From contig CAVZMB010000022.1 of the NCBI GenBank assembly GCA_963776255.1, positions 1,789 to 65,788 on the forward strand: DNA of 64,000 nucleotides, given 5' to 3'. How positions within the stretch are numbered: the first letter of the stretch is position 1; every line of letters starts with the position of its first letter. A program made the position numbers and the translations under genes. The notes beneath the pieces were generated by a model. It saw nothing but the letters and a program-made list of their open reading frames with translations. It was not told the DNA's origin and made no database searches. Below, piece by piece: positions 18,327 through 27,356 of the stretch. This DNA is from an uncultured Actinomycetota bacterium. Lineage in GTDB: Bacteria; Actinomycetota; Actinomycetes; Mycobacteriales; Pseudonocardiaceae.

Positions 18327-19130
18327 CTAGCGAGCGCGGGCGACCGCCCAGATCAGCGCCGTGCGGCCCTCCTGCCGGTTGCGGTGCGTGTTGCGCATCT
18401 TCGTCGCGCCGTCGGTGACGTAGACGTGGTAGCCGAGCCCACCGTCCGGCCGGGAGGGGCGGCCGAGCGAGAACTCCGTCGCGTCCACCCAGGACTCGAC
18501 CTCGAACCCGGCGGCCTCGATCACGCTGCGCAGCTCGGCCGGGTCGACCAGATGGCTCGACGACGGCTCGCTGGCCCAGGTGACCGGGAGCACCAGTGGG
18601 CCGACAACCGGGCCGGCCACCACCTCCTGCAGCGCGATCCGGCCGCCGGGCCGCAACACCCGTCGGGTCTCCCGATACAGCGTCGCCTTGTCCGCTATCG
18701 CCATCGAGACGTTCTGCATCCAGACCAGGTCGAACGTCGCCGGCGGGAACGGCAGGTCCAGCGCGTCGCCCACCCGGACCTCGACCAACTCGCCCAGACC
18801 GGTGATCTCGTTGAGCATCCGGGCCGCCGCGCAAACCTCCGGCTCCAGGTCGACGCAGGTCACCCGGCAGCCGAGGCGGTCGGCCATCAAGCGGGCCGGG
18901 CCGGCCAGCCCGGCGCCGACGTCCAGCACCTGCGTGTCGGCGGCCACGGACGCCATCTCCAGCAGGGCGTCGGTGGCGGCGCTGCCGCCGCTGTGGAAGT
19001 GGTCAAGCGGAGCGAGCGCCTCGGGAGCGAGCCGCGCCGACGGGTCGAGGCCGGCGGCCGTGATCGCGGCGAGCAACCGGTCGTTCAGCGGCCCACCGTC
19101 GTAGTAGCCCGCCGACCTGCCCACCGACAC
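18327..19130 (-). CDS. Class I SAM-dependent methyltransferase
   Basis: LDHFHSGG, VLDVGAGLAGPAR, GDALDLPF, RVLRPGG. Confidence 0.88.
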   Translation of the reverse strand: MSVGRSAGYYDGGPLNDRLLAAITAAGLDPSARLAPEALAPLDHFHSGGSAATDALLEMASVAADTQVLDVGAGLAGPARLMADRLGCRVTCVDLEPEVCAAARMLNEITGLGELVEVRVGDALDLPFPPATFDLVWMQNVSMAIADKATLYRETRRVLRPGGRIALQEVVAGPVVGPLVLPVTWASEPSSSHLVDPAELRSVIEAAGFEVESWVDATEFSLGRPSRPDGGLGYHVYVTDGATKMRNTHRNRQEGRTALIWAVARAR

Positions 19131-20080
19131 TAGCGCCCGCTCGTCCGTGCGGACCGGGCCTGCCGCCAGCCTCGTGGGCTGACCCCGTGGGCCCGTCGGA
19201 AGGTGCGCGCGAAGTACCCGGGATCGGGATAGCCGACCTGCCGGGCCACCTCGGAGACGGCGAGGTCGGTTTCGACGAGCAGTCGGCGGGCCTGCGTCAT
19301 CCGGCGTTCGGTGATCCAATCCTGCACGGTCCGGGCGGTGCGGCGGCGGACCGTCGTGGTGAGGTGGGCCGGCGACCGGTTCACCTCCCTGGCCACGTCA
19401 CGCAGTGACAGCGGCTCGGCGTAACGCCGTTCGATGATCGCGAACACGTCGGCCAGCAGCGGCTCGTCATTGAGGCGCAGATCGCCGACGACGTCCGCGG
19501 CCAGCCGGGACACGTCGACGAGCAGCAGGTTGAGCAGGGCCAGCGCGGCCTCCTGGTGCCCGTCGCGCCGCTCGGCGAGCTCGCGGTCGAGCGCGACGAT
19601 CCGGTCGGCCCAGCGTGGTCGGTCGGCCGGCGGGACCGTCAGGCGCAGCACGCCGCGCCCGCCGCCGCGCACGAACGGGAACAGCAACGGATGGGCGCGC
19701 CAGGACAGGAAGGACGCCGGCGCGGTCGGCCGCAGCGCGTCCGGGGTGAAGATCACGGCCCAGCCGCGGACCGACTCGAGGTCGGCGTCGCCGATGCTCA
19801 CCACGTCCCCGGGTGCGATCACGAACAGGTCGCCCGCCTCGACGTGCGAGATCGGATCGCCGCCGGCACTCGCGGCGGAACCCGCTTCGGGCCGTGCCCC
19901 GCCGCCGGCGGTGATGTAGGTCAGGACCGGGAAGTCGTGCACGTGATCGCACGGGTCGATGCGGTGCACTACCTGCGGCTCGATCCGCATCGTCGCCACC
20001 GGCGGCGCGCCCGGTGCCGGCAAGTAGCCGTACACCGGCGTCGCGGCGTGCCGCCCGTTCAACCTCGTCGTCGGGACCAC
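19130..20080 (-). CDS. AraC-family transcriptional regulator
   Basis: Cupin-like DHVHDFP; C-terminal double HTH with VGYPDPGYFARTFRRAHGVSP. Confidence 0.92.
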   Translation of the reverse strand: MVPTTRLNGRHAATPVYGYLPAPGAPPVATMRIEPQVVHRIDPCDHVHDFPVLTYITAGGGARPEAGSAASAGGDPISHVEAGDLFVIAPGDVVSIGDADLESVRGWAVIFTPDALRPTAPASFLSWRAHPLLFPFVRGGGRGVLRLTVPPADRPRWADRIVALDRELAERRDGHQEAALALLNLLLVDVSRLAADVVGDLRLNDEPLLADVFAIIERRYAEPLSLRDVAREVNRSPAHLTTTVRRRTARTVQDWITERRMTQARRLLVETDLAVSEVARQVGYPDPGYFARTFRRAHGVSPRGWRQARSARTSGR

Positions 20081-20204
20081 GGCAGCCGCCCTCCCTGGAC
20101 CGAAAGAACGTCCCACTACTTGCGAGGATCAGTCCCGATCCAGCTTAGACGGACCGGGCAGAGTCGGACTCGACCGAGGATCATCCCACTTGGAGGGACC
20201 GGAG

Positions 20205-20843
20205 ATGGAAAGTCCGCACCACACCGCGCACCGGCACTACCTGCCCGGGATGGGGCTGCACGCGTTGCTGCCGGTCTACGACGTCGTGCATCGGCTGCTG
20301 GGGGTCGGTGCGCTGCATCGCGCGCTGATCGAGCGGGCCGGGATACAGGCCGACCAGCGCGTGCTCGACATCGGCTGCGGCACCGGGAACCTGCTGCTGA
20401 CCCTCGTGCGGCGACACCCCGGCGTGCACGCCACCGGGATCGACCCGGACGAGCGGGCGCTCGCCCGGGCTCGTCGCAAGCTCGGTCGCGGGTCTGGTGC
20501 TCGGGTCCGGCTCGACCAAGGGTTCGGCCAGGAGTTGCCCTACCCGGACGGTTCGTTCGACCGGGTGCTGTCCACGCTGATGTTCCACCACCTGGACGCC
20601 GACGCGAAGGACGGCATGCTGGCCGAGGTGTGCCGGGTGCTCGTGCCGGGTGGCGTGCTGCTGCTGGCGGACTTCGGTGGCGCGGGCGGAACCACCGGAC
20701 GGTTCGGCCACCGCATGGAGGACAACCTCGGTGACGCGATCCCGCGGCGGATGCGGGCCGCCGGCCTCATCGATGCGGGCGAGCTGGGGAAGGTGCGCAC
20801 CCGGATCGGGCGGGTGGCGCTCTTCCGGGCGGTGGCGCCCTAA
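20205..20843 (+). CDS. Class I SAM-dependent methyltransferase
   Basis: VLDIGCGTG, LPYPDGSFD, RVLVPGG. Confidence 0.9.
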   Translation: MESPHHTAHRHYLPGMGLHALLPVYDVVHRLLGVGALHRALIERAGIQADQRVLDIGCGTGNLLLTLVRRHPGVHATGIDPDERALARARRKLGRGSGARVRLDQGFGQELPYPDGSFDRVLSTLMFHHLDADAKDGMLAEVCRVLVPGGVLLLADFGGAGGTTGRFGHRMEDNLGDAIPRRMRAAGLIDAGELGKVRTRIGRVALFRAVAP

Positions 20844-20848
20844 GCGAA

Positions 20849-21049
20849 CTAGCGGGCGCGGCGGCGGTTGAGCACCAGCGCGACCACCACCGCGGCGACC
20901 GCGGCGAGCGCGCTGAACACCGCGAGCACCCACCACCGAGGGGTCGGTTGGTAGCTGGCCAGCGTGAGCACGAACAGCACCAGCCAGCCCGCCGCCACCG
21001 CGGCGAACATGATCACTTGGCCGAGCGTCGCAGGCCGGCGTTGAGCCAT
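20849..21049 (-). CDS. Small two-TM membrane protein
   Basis: 66 aa with two hydrophobic segments and GC-rich third positions. Confidence 0.6.
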   Translation of the reverse strand: MAQRRPATLGQVIMFAAVAAGWLVLFVLTLASYQPTPRWWVLAVFSALAAVAAVVVALVLNRRRAR

Positions 21050-21065
21050 CTGTGCGGTCCGCGGT

Positions 21066-21362
21066 TCAGCCGGAGACCGACTCGATCACGCCGGAGATCG
21101 CGGCCGCCAGCGTCACGTCCAGGTCGGTGATCCCGCCGGCCGAGTGCGTCGACAGCCGGAAGGTCAGGTTGCGCCACCGGATGTCGATGTCCGGATGGTG
21201 GTCGCGGGACTCGGCGATGTCCGCGACGAGGTCCACCGTCTGGATCGCCGCCGGGAAGCTCGGCAGCTTCGCGGTGCGGACCAGCGCGTCCCCGTCCCGG
21301 CTCCATCCCGGCAGGGACTGCAGCGCCTCGGTCACCGCGGCGTCGTCCAACAGCTCGGCCAT
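21066..21362 (-). CDS. phhB: Pterin-4-alpha-carbinolamine dehydratase
   Basis: DHHPDIDIRW...STHSAGGITDLD. Confidence 0.93.
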   Translation of the reverse strand: MAELLDDAAVTEALQSLPGWSRDGDALVRTAKLPSFPAAIQTVDLVADIAESRDHHPDIDIRWRNLTFRLSTHSAGGITDLDVTLAAAISGVIESVSG

Positions 21363-21500
21363 GTGCGTCATCCTGTCACGGCCGCTGATTGCGTCCGCTG
21401 AACCCGAGGCGGGCACGAAACGTCTTGTGCGGCTTGGTCGCAGCGAGGAGCCTTGACCGGCTGACACGGCGCCTGGCAACGAAGCATGAGGAGAGCCCGT

Positions 21501-21902
21501 ATGTCCGACAACATCGCACTCGTCGAGCGGTTCGAGCACGCCTTCTCGGCCAACGACGTGGCCGTCATCGACGAGCTCGCCGACCCCAACCTCGTCGACC
21601 ACAACCCGCTTCCGGACCAGCAGCCGGGGCTCGCCGGCCTCAAGGACACGATCGCCTTCTACACCGCGACCTTCGGCAACCAGAAGGTCGAGCTGCACCA
21701 CGTCTTCGGCGACGGCGATCTCGTCACCACTCACTGGACCACCCACGGCACGCACAAGGCCGAGTTCTTCGGCATCCCCGCGACCGGCCGGGAGGTACAG
21801 GTGGAGGGAATAAACATCTATCGGGTGGTCGACGGCAAGATCACCGAGGTGTGGACCCAGTTCGACGGCCTCGGCTTGATGGAGCAGCTGGGCGCCGGCT
21901 GA
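21501..21902 (+). CDS. SnoaL-like ester cyclase
   Basis: GTHKAEFFGIPATGREVQVEG...DGKITEVW. Confidence 0.9.
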   Translation: MSDNIALVERFEHAFSANDVAVIDELADPNLVDHNPLPDQQPGLAGLKDTIAFYTATFGNQKVELHHVFGDGDLVTTHWTTHGTHKAEFFGIPATGREVQVEGINIYRVVDGKITEVWTQFDGLGLMEQLGAG

Positions 21903-21903
21903 C

Positions 21904-22212
21904 GGAGGGGAAGGACCGGCGAGCATCGCAGCGCGCGGAGCGCGCGAGGAGCGGAACCGGTCCGGACCCGACCATTAGAGGCGGAGGGGAAGGACCGGCG
22001 AGCATCGCAGCGCGCGGAGCGCGCGAGGAGCGGAACCGGTCCGGACCCGACCATTAGAGGTGGAGGGGAAGGACCGGCGAGCATCGCAGCGCGCGGAGCG
22101 CGCGAGGAGCGGAACCGGTCCGGACCCGACCATTAGAGGTGGAGGGGAAGGACCGGCGAGCATCGCAGCGCGCGGAGCGCGCGAGGAGCGGAACCGGTCC
22201 GGACCCGACCAT
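21904..22212 (+). repeat. 79-bp tandem repeat, about 3.9 copies (MIRU/VNTR-like)
   Basis: Units start at 21904, 21983, 22062 and 22141; near-identical with no spacers; lies between convergent genes. Confidence 0.95.
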
Positions 22213-22222
22213 CAGCAGACGC

Positions 22223-23095
22223 TCACGCGTCCCGGGTGCGGAGGCGCACGACGGTCAGGACCAGGCCGACGAGCAGGTAGCCGACCGCGAGCGAGCTGCC
22301 CCGTGCGAGGTCGCCCAGCGGGACCGGGTCGCGGAGCACGTCGGCGATGGCCGTCCAGTGGCTGGTCAGCAGCGCCGGTTGCAACCAGTCCAGCGCCGGG
22401 ATCGCGCTGAGCACGCCGAACACGATCGCGCCGCCGAGCACGGCGGCCATCACGACCAGCGGGTGGTCGGTGAGCGACGAGACCACGAGCGCCACCGCGC
22501 CCACCGCGGCGAGCTGCAGGATCACATAGCCGGCGGCGAGGCCGACCCGGCCGGCCGCCGCCATCGGCCCGACCGTGCTGCCGGACAGGGTCAGCAACTG
22601 GCCGCCGCTCGCGGTGGTGCCCACCACCAGCAGGCCGGTGAGCACGCCCATGATCGTGATCAACCCGACGGCGGCCACCGCCACCGCGAGCACGCCGAAC
22701 GCCTTGACGCCGACCACCCGGTCCCGGCTCATCGGCGCGAGCAGCAGGCCGCGCAGCGTCCCGTGCGCGGACTCGCCGGCCAGCGCGTCCGCGGCCGCCA
22801 TCGAGACCCCGAGCGGCAACAGCAGCGCCAGCGACAGCGTGAGCGCCAGGACGGGCAGCACCATGCCGTTGCCCGCGGTGGCGGCGATCAGCCCGGCGGC
22901 CGGTCCGCCCGCGCGCCCGGAGGTGGCGATCGCGATCCCGATCACCACCGGGATCAGCCCGAACAGACCGAGCATCACCAGCGTGCGCGGCCGGCGGAAC
23001 ACCCAGCGCAGCTCGGAGCGCAACAGCCGCCCCAACGGCGCCGCGGTGTGTTGTCGGCCGTCCGCATCGAGCTGCGTTGCCGTGGCGGTCATCAT
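22223..23095 (-). CDS. ABC-2 type transporter permease
   Basis: LLRSELR, DALAGESAHGTLRGLL, about 6 TM segments. Confidence 0.9.
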   Translation of the reverse strand: MMTATATQLDADGRQHTAAPLGRLLRSELRWVFRRPRTLVMLGLFGLIPVVIGIAIATSGRAGGPAAGLIAATAGNGMVLPVLALTLSLALLLPLGVSMAAADALAGESAHGTLRGLLLAPMSRDRVVGVKAFGVLAVAVAAVGLITIMGVLTGLLVVGTTASGGQLLTLSGSTVGPMAAAGRVGLAAGYVILQLAAVGAVALVVSSLTDHPLVVMAAVLGGAIVFGVLSAIPALDWLQPALLTSHWTAIADVLRDPVPLGDLARGSSLAVGYLLVGLVLTVVRLRTRDA

Positions 23096-24186
23096 CGGCT
23101 ATCGCCTTCGGTGTTGATGCCTCGGCTCCTCGCTCGCTCCGCTCCTCGCTCGCTGGCGCTCGCTGCGATGCTCACTCGCTTGTCGCCTTCGGTGTTGTCG
23201 CCCTGGGTGAGCCGGGCGAACAGCTCCTCGAGCCCGGTCCGCCGCTGCCGCGCCTCGTACACCGGCACGCCGGCCTGGACCAGCGCCGCGACCGCGGCCG
23301 GTGCGTCCCGGCCCGGCTCGGCGGCCAGGTCGACCACGACGTCGGATCCGGACGGACGGGCCGGCAGCCCGGCGGCCTGCAGCGCGCGCACCGCGTCGGC
23401 CGACCGGCTACCGACGTCGATCACCAACGCCGGTGCGTCCGAGGCCAGCAGGGCGGACAGCTCGCCGGTCGCCACCACCGAGCCGTCCTGCAGCACCGCC
23501 ACGTGCGTGCAGGTCGCCTCCACCTCGGCGAGCAGGTGCGAGGACACCAGCACGGTCACCCCGTCGGCGTGCAGCTCGGCGACCAGTCGTCGGACGTCCC
23601 GGGTGCCGGCCGGGTCCAGCCCGTTGGTCGGCTCGTCCAGCACGACCAGCCGGCGCGGCACCAGCAGCACGGCGGCCAGCCCGAGCCGCTGCTTCATGCC
23701 CATCGAATAGCCGCGGTACGCCCGGCGCGCGGCCGCCCCGAGCTCCACCCGCTCCAGCGCGGCGTCGACCGCGCCCGGGATCCTCCGCCCGTCCAGCAGC
23801 GGTTCGGCGGCCGCGCAGCGCAGCAGGTTCTCCCGGCCGGACAGGAACGGGTGGAACCCCGGACCCTCGACCAGCGCGCCGACGTGCGGCAGCGCCTCAC
23901 GGGCCCGTCCCGGCACCGGCGCGCCGAGCAGCTCCGCGCTGCCAGCGGTCGGGCGGGACAGCCCGAGCAACAGCCGGATCAGCGTCGTCTTGCCGGAACC
24001 GTTCGGCCCGAGCAGCCCGAGCACGGAGCCGGCCGGTATGTCGAGGTCGACGTCGTCCACCGCAACCGTCCGCCCGCGGAACACCTTCCGCAGGCGGAGC
24101 GCGCGCGCAGCCGGTGCGGCATCCGGCCGAGCACCGGCAGCCCCGCTGGCCGGCACCGCGGCCGGCTCGGTTCGAACCGTCGTCAC
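23092..24186 (-). CDS. ABC transporter ATP-binding protein
   Basis: GPNGSGKTT, YSMGMKQR, LDEPTNGLD, SSH. Confidence 0.95.
   Translation of the reverse strand: MTTVRTEPAAVPASGAAGARPDAAPAARALRLRKVFRGRTVAVDDVDLDIPAGSVLGLLGPNGSGKTTLIRLLLGLSRPTAGSAELLGAPVPGRAREALPHVGALVEGPGFHPFLSGRENLLRCAAAEPLLDGRRIPGAVDAALERVELGAAARRAYRGYSMGMKQRLGLAAVLLVPRRLVVLDEPTNGLDPAGTRDVRRLVAELHADGVTVLVSSHLLAEVEATCTHVAVLQDGSVVATGELSALLASDAPALVIDVGSRSADAVRALQAAGLPARPSGSDVVVDLAAEPGRDAPAAVAALVQAGVPVYEARQRRTGLEELFARLTQGDNTEGDKRVSIAASASERGAERARSRGINTEGDSR
23102..23197 (-). repeat. In-frame REP/MIRU-like insertion flanked by 15-bp direct repeats
   Basis: CAACACCGAAGGCGA at 23102-23116 and 23183-23197 (81-bp spacing). The core GAGCATCGCAGCG...GAGGAGCGGA is shared with the 79-bp repeat. 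Confidence 0.75.
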
Positions 24187-25196
24187 CGAGCGAGCGCCTC
24201 CGTCAGCACCTGCTCCGGAACGGCGCCCGCCGCGACCCGGCCGTCGTCGGTGACGATCGCCGAGGCCACCGCGGTGCTGATCAGCCGGCCGCTACCCCAC
24301 GGGCCGGAGACCGGCGTGGCGATGTTGTTCAGCATGGGGCCGACCTCCCCGCGGGACTGCTCGGGGACCGTGCTCAGCAGCACGGTGTCCCACCCCTCGC
24401 CGACGGCGGTCGGTTCCTCCGCGCCACGGAGCTGGCCAGGCATGTCGCCATTGTGCCCGGGGCCGCCTTCCTTGACGGTGGCGCCCGGGGGTGGGGTGAA
24501 CCCGAACAGCGCGTCGTCCTGCGGCGCGAAGGTGATCTCGGTGAACCCGGCCTGCATCGCCGGCTCCCCGGTGCCTTGGGCGAACACGGTCAACCGCAGC
24601 GGCAGCCGTCGCTCGGAGTCCACCGCGACCCGCACCTCACGCAGCAGGGTGCGCTCGGTCGGCGCCGGGGTCAGTACCAGCTCGTAGGCGGTCCGGCCGG
24701 CGACGGTCGACGTGCCGTCGACGGTGACCGTGCTGAACGCCCGCACCGACTCGACCATGCGCCGGGCCGCCTCGGCCGGGTCGGCCACCGGCTCGCGCTG
24801 GTCGCGCACCTGTGAGGCCGGGACCTTGGACACTGTGCGGTCCGCGGAGTCCCAGAACCACACGGTGGTGCCGTCGTTCACCACCAACCGCTCGCCCTGC
24901 GCAGTGGGCAGCGCCAGCCGGCTCCGGTTCCCGCCGTCGTGCGCCACCCTGGCCGTCGAGGTCCCGTCGGCGCTCTGCGGCACGCCGGGCAGCGCGGGCA
25001 GACCGAGCCGGTTGTCCAGCTGCCCGGTGCCGGCGAACGCCCCGGGCTCGGCCGTCAGCACCGAGCTGACCAGCTCCTCGGGGCTCACCGGCGGCGGCTG
25101 CTGCTGTGCCGCGGCGGCGAGTGGCACCACCACGAACCCGAGTGCGGCGATCGTCGCCGCGCCGACGCCGATCGCGGTCCAGCTGCCCATGCGCAT
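24183..25196 (-). CDS. LolA-like / DUF2092-type secreted protein
   Basis: Signal peptide; DGTTVWFWDS, VAGRTAYELVLTP, FGFTPPPGATV. Confidence 0.8.
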   Translation of the reverse strand: MRMGSWTAIGVGAATIAALGFVVVPLAAAAQQQPPPVSPEELVSSVLTAEPGAFAGTGQLDNRLGLPALPGVPQSADGTSTARVAHDGGNRSRLALPTAQGERLVVNDGTTVWFWDSADRTVSKVPASQVRDQREPVADPAEAARRMVESVRAFSTVTVDGTSTVAGRTAYELVLTPAPTERTLLREVRVAVDSERRLPLRLTVFAQGTGEPAMQAGFTEITFAPQDDALFGFTPPPGATVKEGGPGHNGDMPGQLRGAEEPTAVGEGWDTVLLSTVPEQSRGEVGPMLNNIATPVSGPWGSGRLISTAVASAIVTDDGRVAAGAVPEQVLTEALAR

Positions 25197-25219
25197 GGCG
25201 TCAGCGTCGCGCATCGGCT

Positions 25220-25236
25220 CTGAGAGCGCCCTGAGA
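25220..25236 (-). promoter_or_regulatory. MprA-type box TCTCAG-N5-TCTCAG
   Basis: CTGAGA-GCGCC-CTGAGA on the + strand, in the 90-bp gap between divergent operons. Confidence 0.6.
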
Positions 25237-25286
25237 ACGCACGTCGGAGACCGCGTCCGGCCGCCGCTCTGGGTAGCGTCTCGGCT

Positions 25287-25976
25287 GTGTCCCGGGTGCT
25301 CGTGGTGGACGACGAGCCCGCCGTGCGCTCCGCACTGCGCCGCGGGCTGGCCGCCGAGGGCATGGACGTGATCACCGCCCCGGACGGCCCCAGCGCGCTG
25401 CGGCTCGCGCTGACCGGCAGCTTCGACGCGATCGTGCTGGACATCATCCTTCCCGGGCTCTCCGGCTACCGGGTGCTGGAGCGGCTGCGCGCCGAGGGCG
25501 TGGACACGCCGGTGCTGCTGGTGTCCGCCAAGGACGGCGAGATCGACCAGGCGGACGGTCTGGACCTCGGCGCGGACGGCTACCTGGTGAAGCCGTTCTC
25601 GTTCGTGGTGCTGGTGGCCCAGCTCAAGGCATTGCTGCGGCGACGCGACGCCGCGCTGGGCCGGACCGGCGCCGGCCAGCGGCTGCGGCTCGGTGACCTG
25701 GTCGTCGACCCACGAGGGCGGACAGTGAGCTGGCGCGGCCGCCCGATCGAGCTGTCCCCGCGCGAGTTCGCCGTGCTGCACGCACTGGCCAGCCACCCGG
25801 ACACGGTGCTGAGCAAGGACGACCTGCTGCGCCGGGTGTGGGGGGACGAGGAGGCGGCCAGCCGGAACGCGGTGGAGGTCTACATCGGGTACCTCCGCCG
25901 GAAGCTGGATGCGGTCGGCGCCGGGCACGTGCTGCGGACCGTGCGCGGCCACGGCTACCTGGTGGGCACCGGTTGA
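25287..25976 (+). CDS. OmpR-family response regulator
   Basis: VLVVDDE, LDIILPG, GADGYLVKPF, VEVYIGYLRRKL, TVRGHGY. Confidence 0.95.
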   Translation: MSRVLVVDDEPAVRSALRRGLAAEGMDVITAPDGPSALRLALTGSFDAIVLDIILPGLSGYRVLERLRAEGVDTPVLLVSAKDGEIDQADGLDLGADGYLVKPFSFVVLVAQLKALLRRRDAALGRTGAGQRLRLGDLVVDPRGRTVSWRGRPIELSPREFAVLHALASHPDTVLSKDDLLRRVWGDEEAASRNAVEVYIGYLRRKLDAVGAGHVLRTVRGHGYLVGTG

Positions 25977-27319
25977 TCACTTGGCTGGGCGGATGGTGGG
26001 AGCGACGAAGCCTGCGGGCACGGATCACGCTGGTGGTCGGCGCGGTGGCGCTGGTCGCGCTGCTGGTGCTGGCTCACCTGGCGGCCGGTCTGGTCGGGTC
26101 GGCCGCGACCGCGGTGGCCGACGAGCGGCTCCGGGAGGCTGCCGTCGGTGCTTCGGAGCGGTTGTCGACAGGCGCCCCGGTGCCGCCTTCACCGGCCGGA
26201 CCGGTGGACGCACCGCTCACCGTCCGGGTGCTGGACACCGCCGGGACGCCGGTCGACGGCGGGCCGCCGGTGCCGCTGCGCGCGCCCGAGCTGCGGCGGA
26301 TCGCGGCCGGCCAGACGATCACCGTGTACCCCGCTTCGGCCGACGGCTCGGCCGAGCCGCGCCGGGTGCTGGCGATGCCGGCCGCCGCCCCGGACGGCAC
26401 CCCGCGGCTGGTGGTGGCCTCCGCCGACCTGGTCGGCTACGACGAGCTGCTGGCCCGGGCTCGGGTCGGTCTGCTGCTCGGCGCGCTCTTGGTGACCGCG
26501 CTGGTGGCCGCCGTGACCTGGGGTGCGGTGCGCCTCGCGCTGCGTCCGGTGGACCGCCTGCGGGCCGCCGCCACGTCCCTGCCGCCGGGGCAGCGGCTGC
26601 CGGTGCCGCCGTCCCGCGACGAGCTGGCCGCACTGGCCGTCGAGTTGAACGAGCTGCTGGCCCGGCGGGACGCGGCCGTCGAGCGGCTCGAACGGTTCAC
26701 CGCCGACGCCGCGCACGAGCTGCGCTCCCCGGTCGCGGCGATCCGGGCGCAGGCCGAGGTGGCCGTCGCCCACCCGGATCCGTCGCTGGCGGCGGAGACC
26801 CTGCAGACGGTGGCCGACGAGGCGGCCCGGCTCTCCGAGCTGCTCTCCGACCTGCTTGCGCTGGCTCGCGCCGATTCCGGGCGCCGAGCCGACCCCAGCC
26901 CGGTGGACCTGGTCGGCGCCGCGCGCGCCGCGGTCGGTCGGCGCCCTGGCTCGCCCGACGTGCGGCTGGTGTCGCCGCTGCCCGCGACGGTGTCCGCGTC
27001 GCCGGCCGAGGTGTCGCTGGTGCTGGACAACCTGCTGGACAATGCGCGGCGGCACGCCGCGTCCGCGGTGACCGTGTCGGTGCTGCCGGCCGGGTCGGTG
27101 GTGCGGCTGGTGGTCGACGACGACGGTCCCGGGGTGCCGGCGGCCGACCGGCAGCGGGTGTTCGACCGGTTCACCCGGCTCGATCAGACCGCCGACGGCG
27201 GCAGCGGGTTGGGGCTGGCCCTGGTGCACGCCCTGGTGCGGGGTCGCGGCGGGTCGGTCGTGATGGCCGACGCGCCGGAGGGTGGGGCGCGGGTCGAGGT
27301 GCGCTGGCCCGCCAGGTGA
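25973..27319 (+). CDS. HAMP sensor histidine kinase
   Basis: ADAAHELRSP, NLLDNA, DDDGPG, GSGLGL; TTGA overlap with the regulator. Confidence 0.93.
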   Translation: MITWLGGWWERRSLRARITLVVGAVALVALLVLAHLAAGLVGSAATAVADERLREAAVGASERLSTGAPVPPSPAGPVDAPLTVRVLDTAGTPVDGGPPVPLRAPELRRIAAGQTITVYPASADGSAEPRRVLAMPAAAPDGTPRLVVASADLVGYDELLARARVGLLLGALLVTALVAAVTWGAVRLALRPVDRLRAAATSLPPGQRLPVPPSRDELAALAVELNELLARRDAAVERLERFTADAAHELRSPVAAIRAQAEVAVAHPDPSLAAETLQTVADEAARLSELLSDLLALARADSGRRADPSPVDLVGAARAAVGRRPGSPDVRLVSPLPATVSASPAEVSLVLDNLLDNARRHAASAVTVSVLPAGSVVRLVVDDDGPGVPAADRQRVFDRFTRLDQTADGGSGLGLALVHALVRGRGGSVVMADAPEGGARVEVRWPAR

Positions 27320-27356
27320 CAGCACACGTGACAGCGGCCGTGACAGCATTCGCCTC

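Noticed and set aside
21904-22212. CRISPR array
   Set aside because: Units are identical end to end with no unique spacers, and there are no cas genes.
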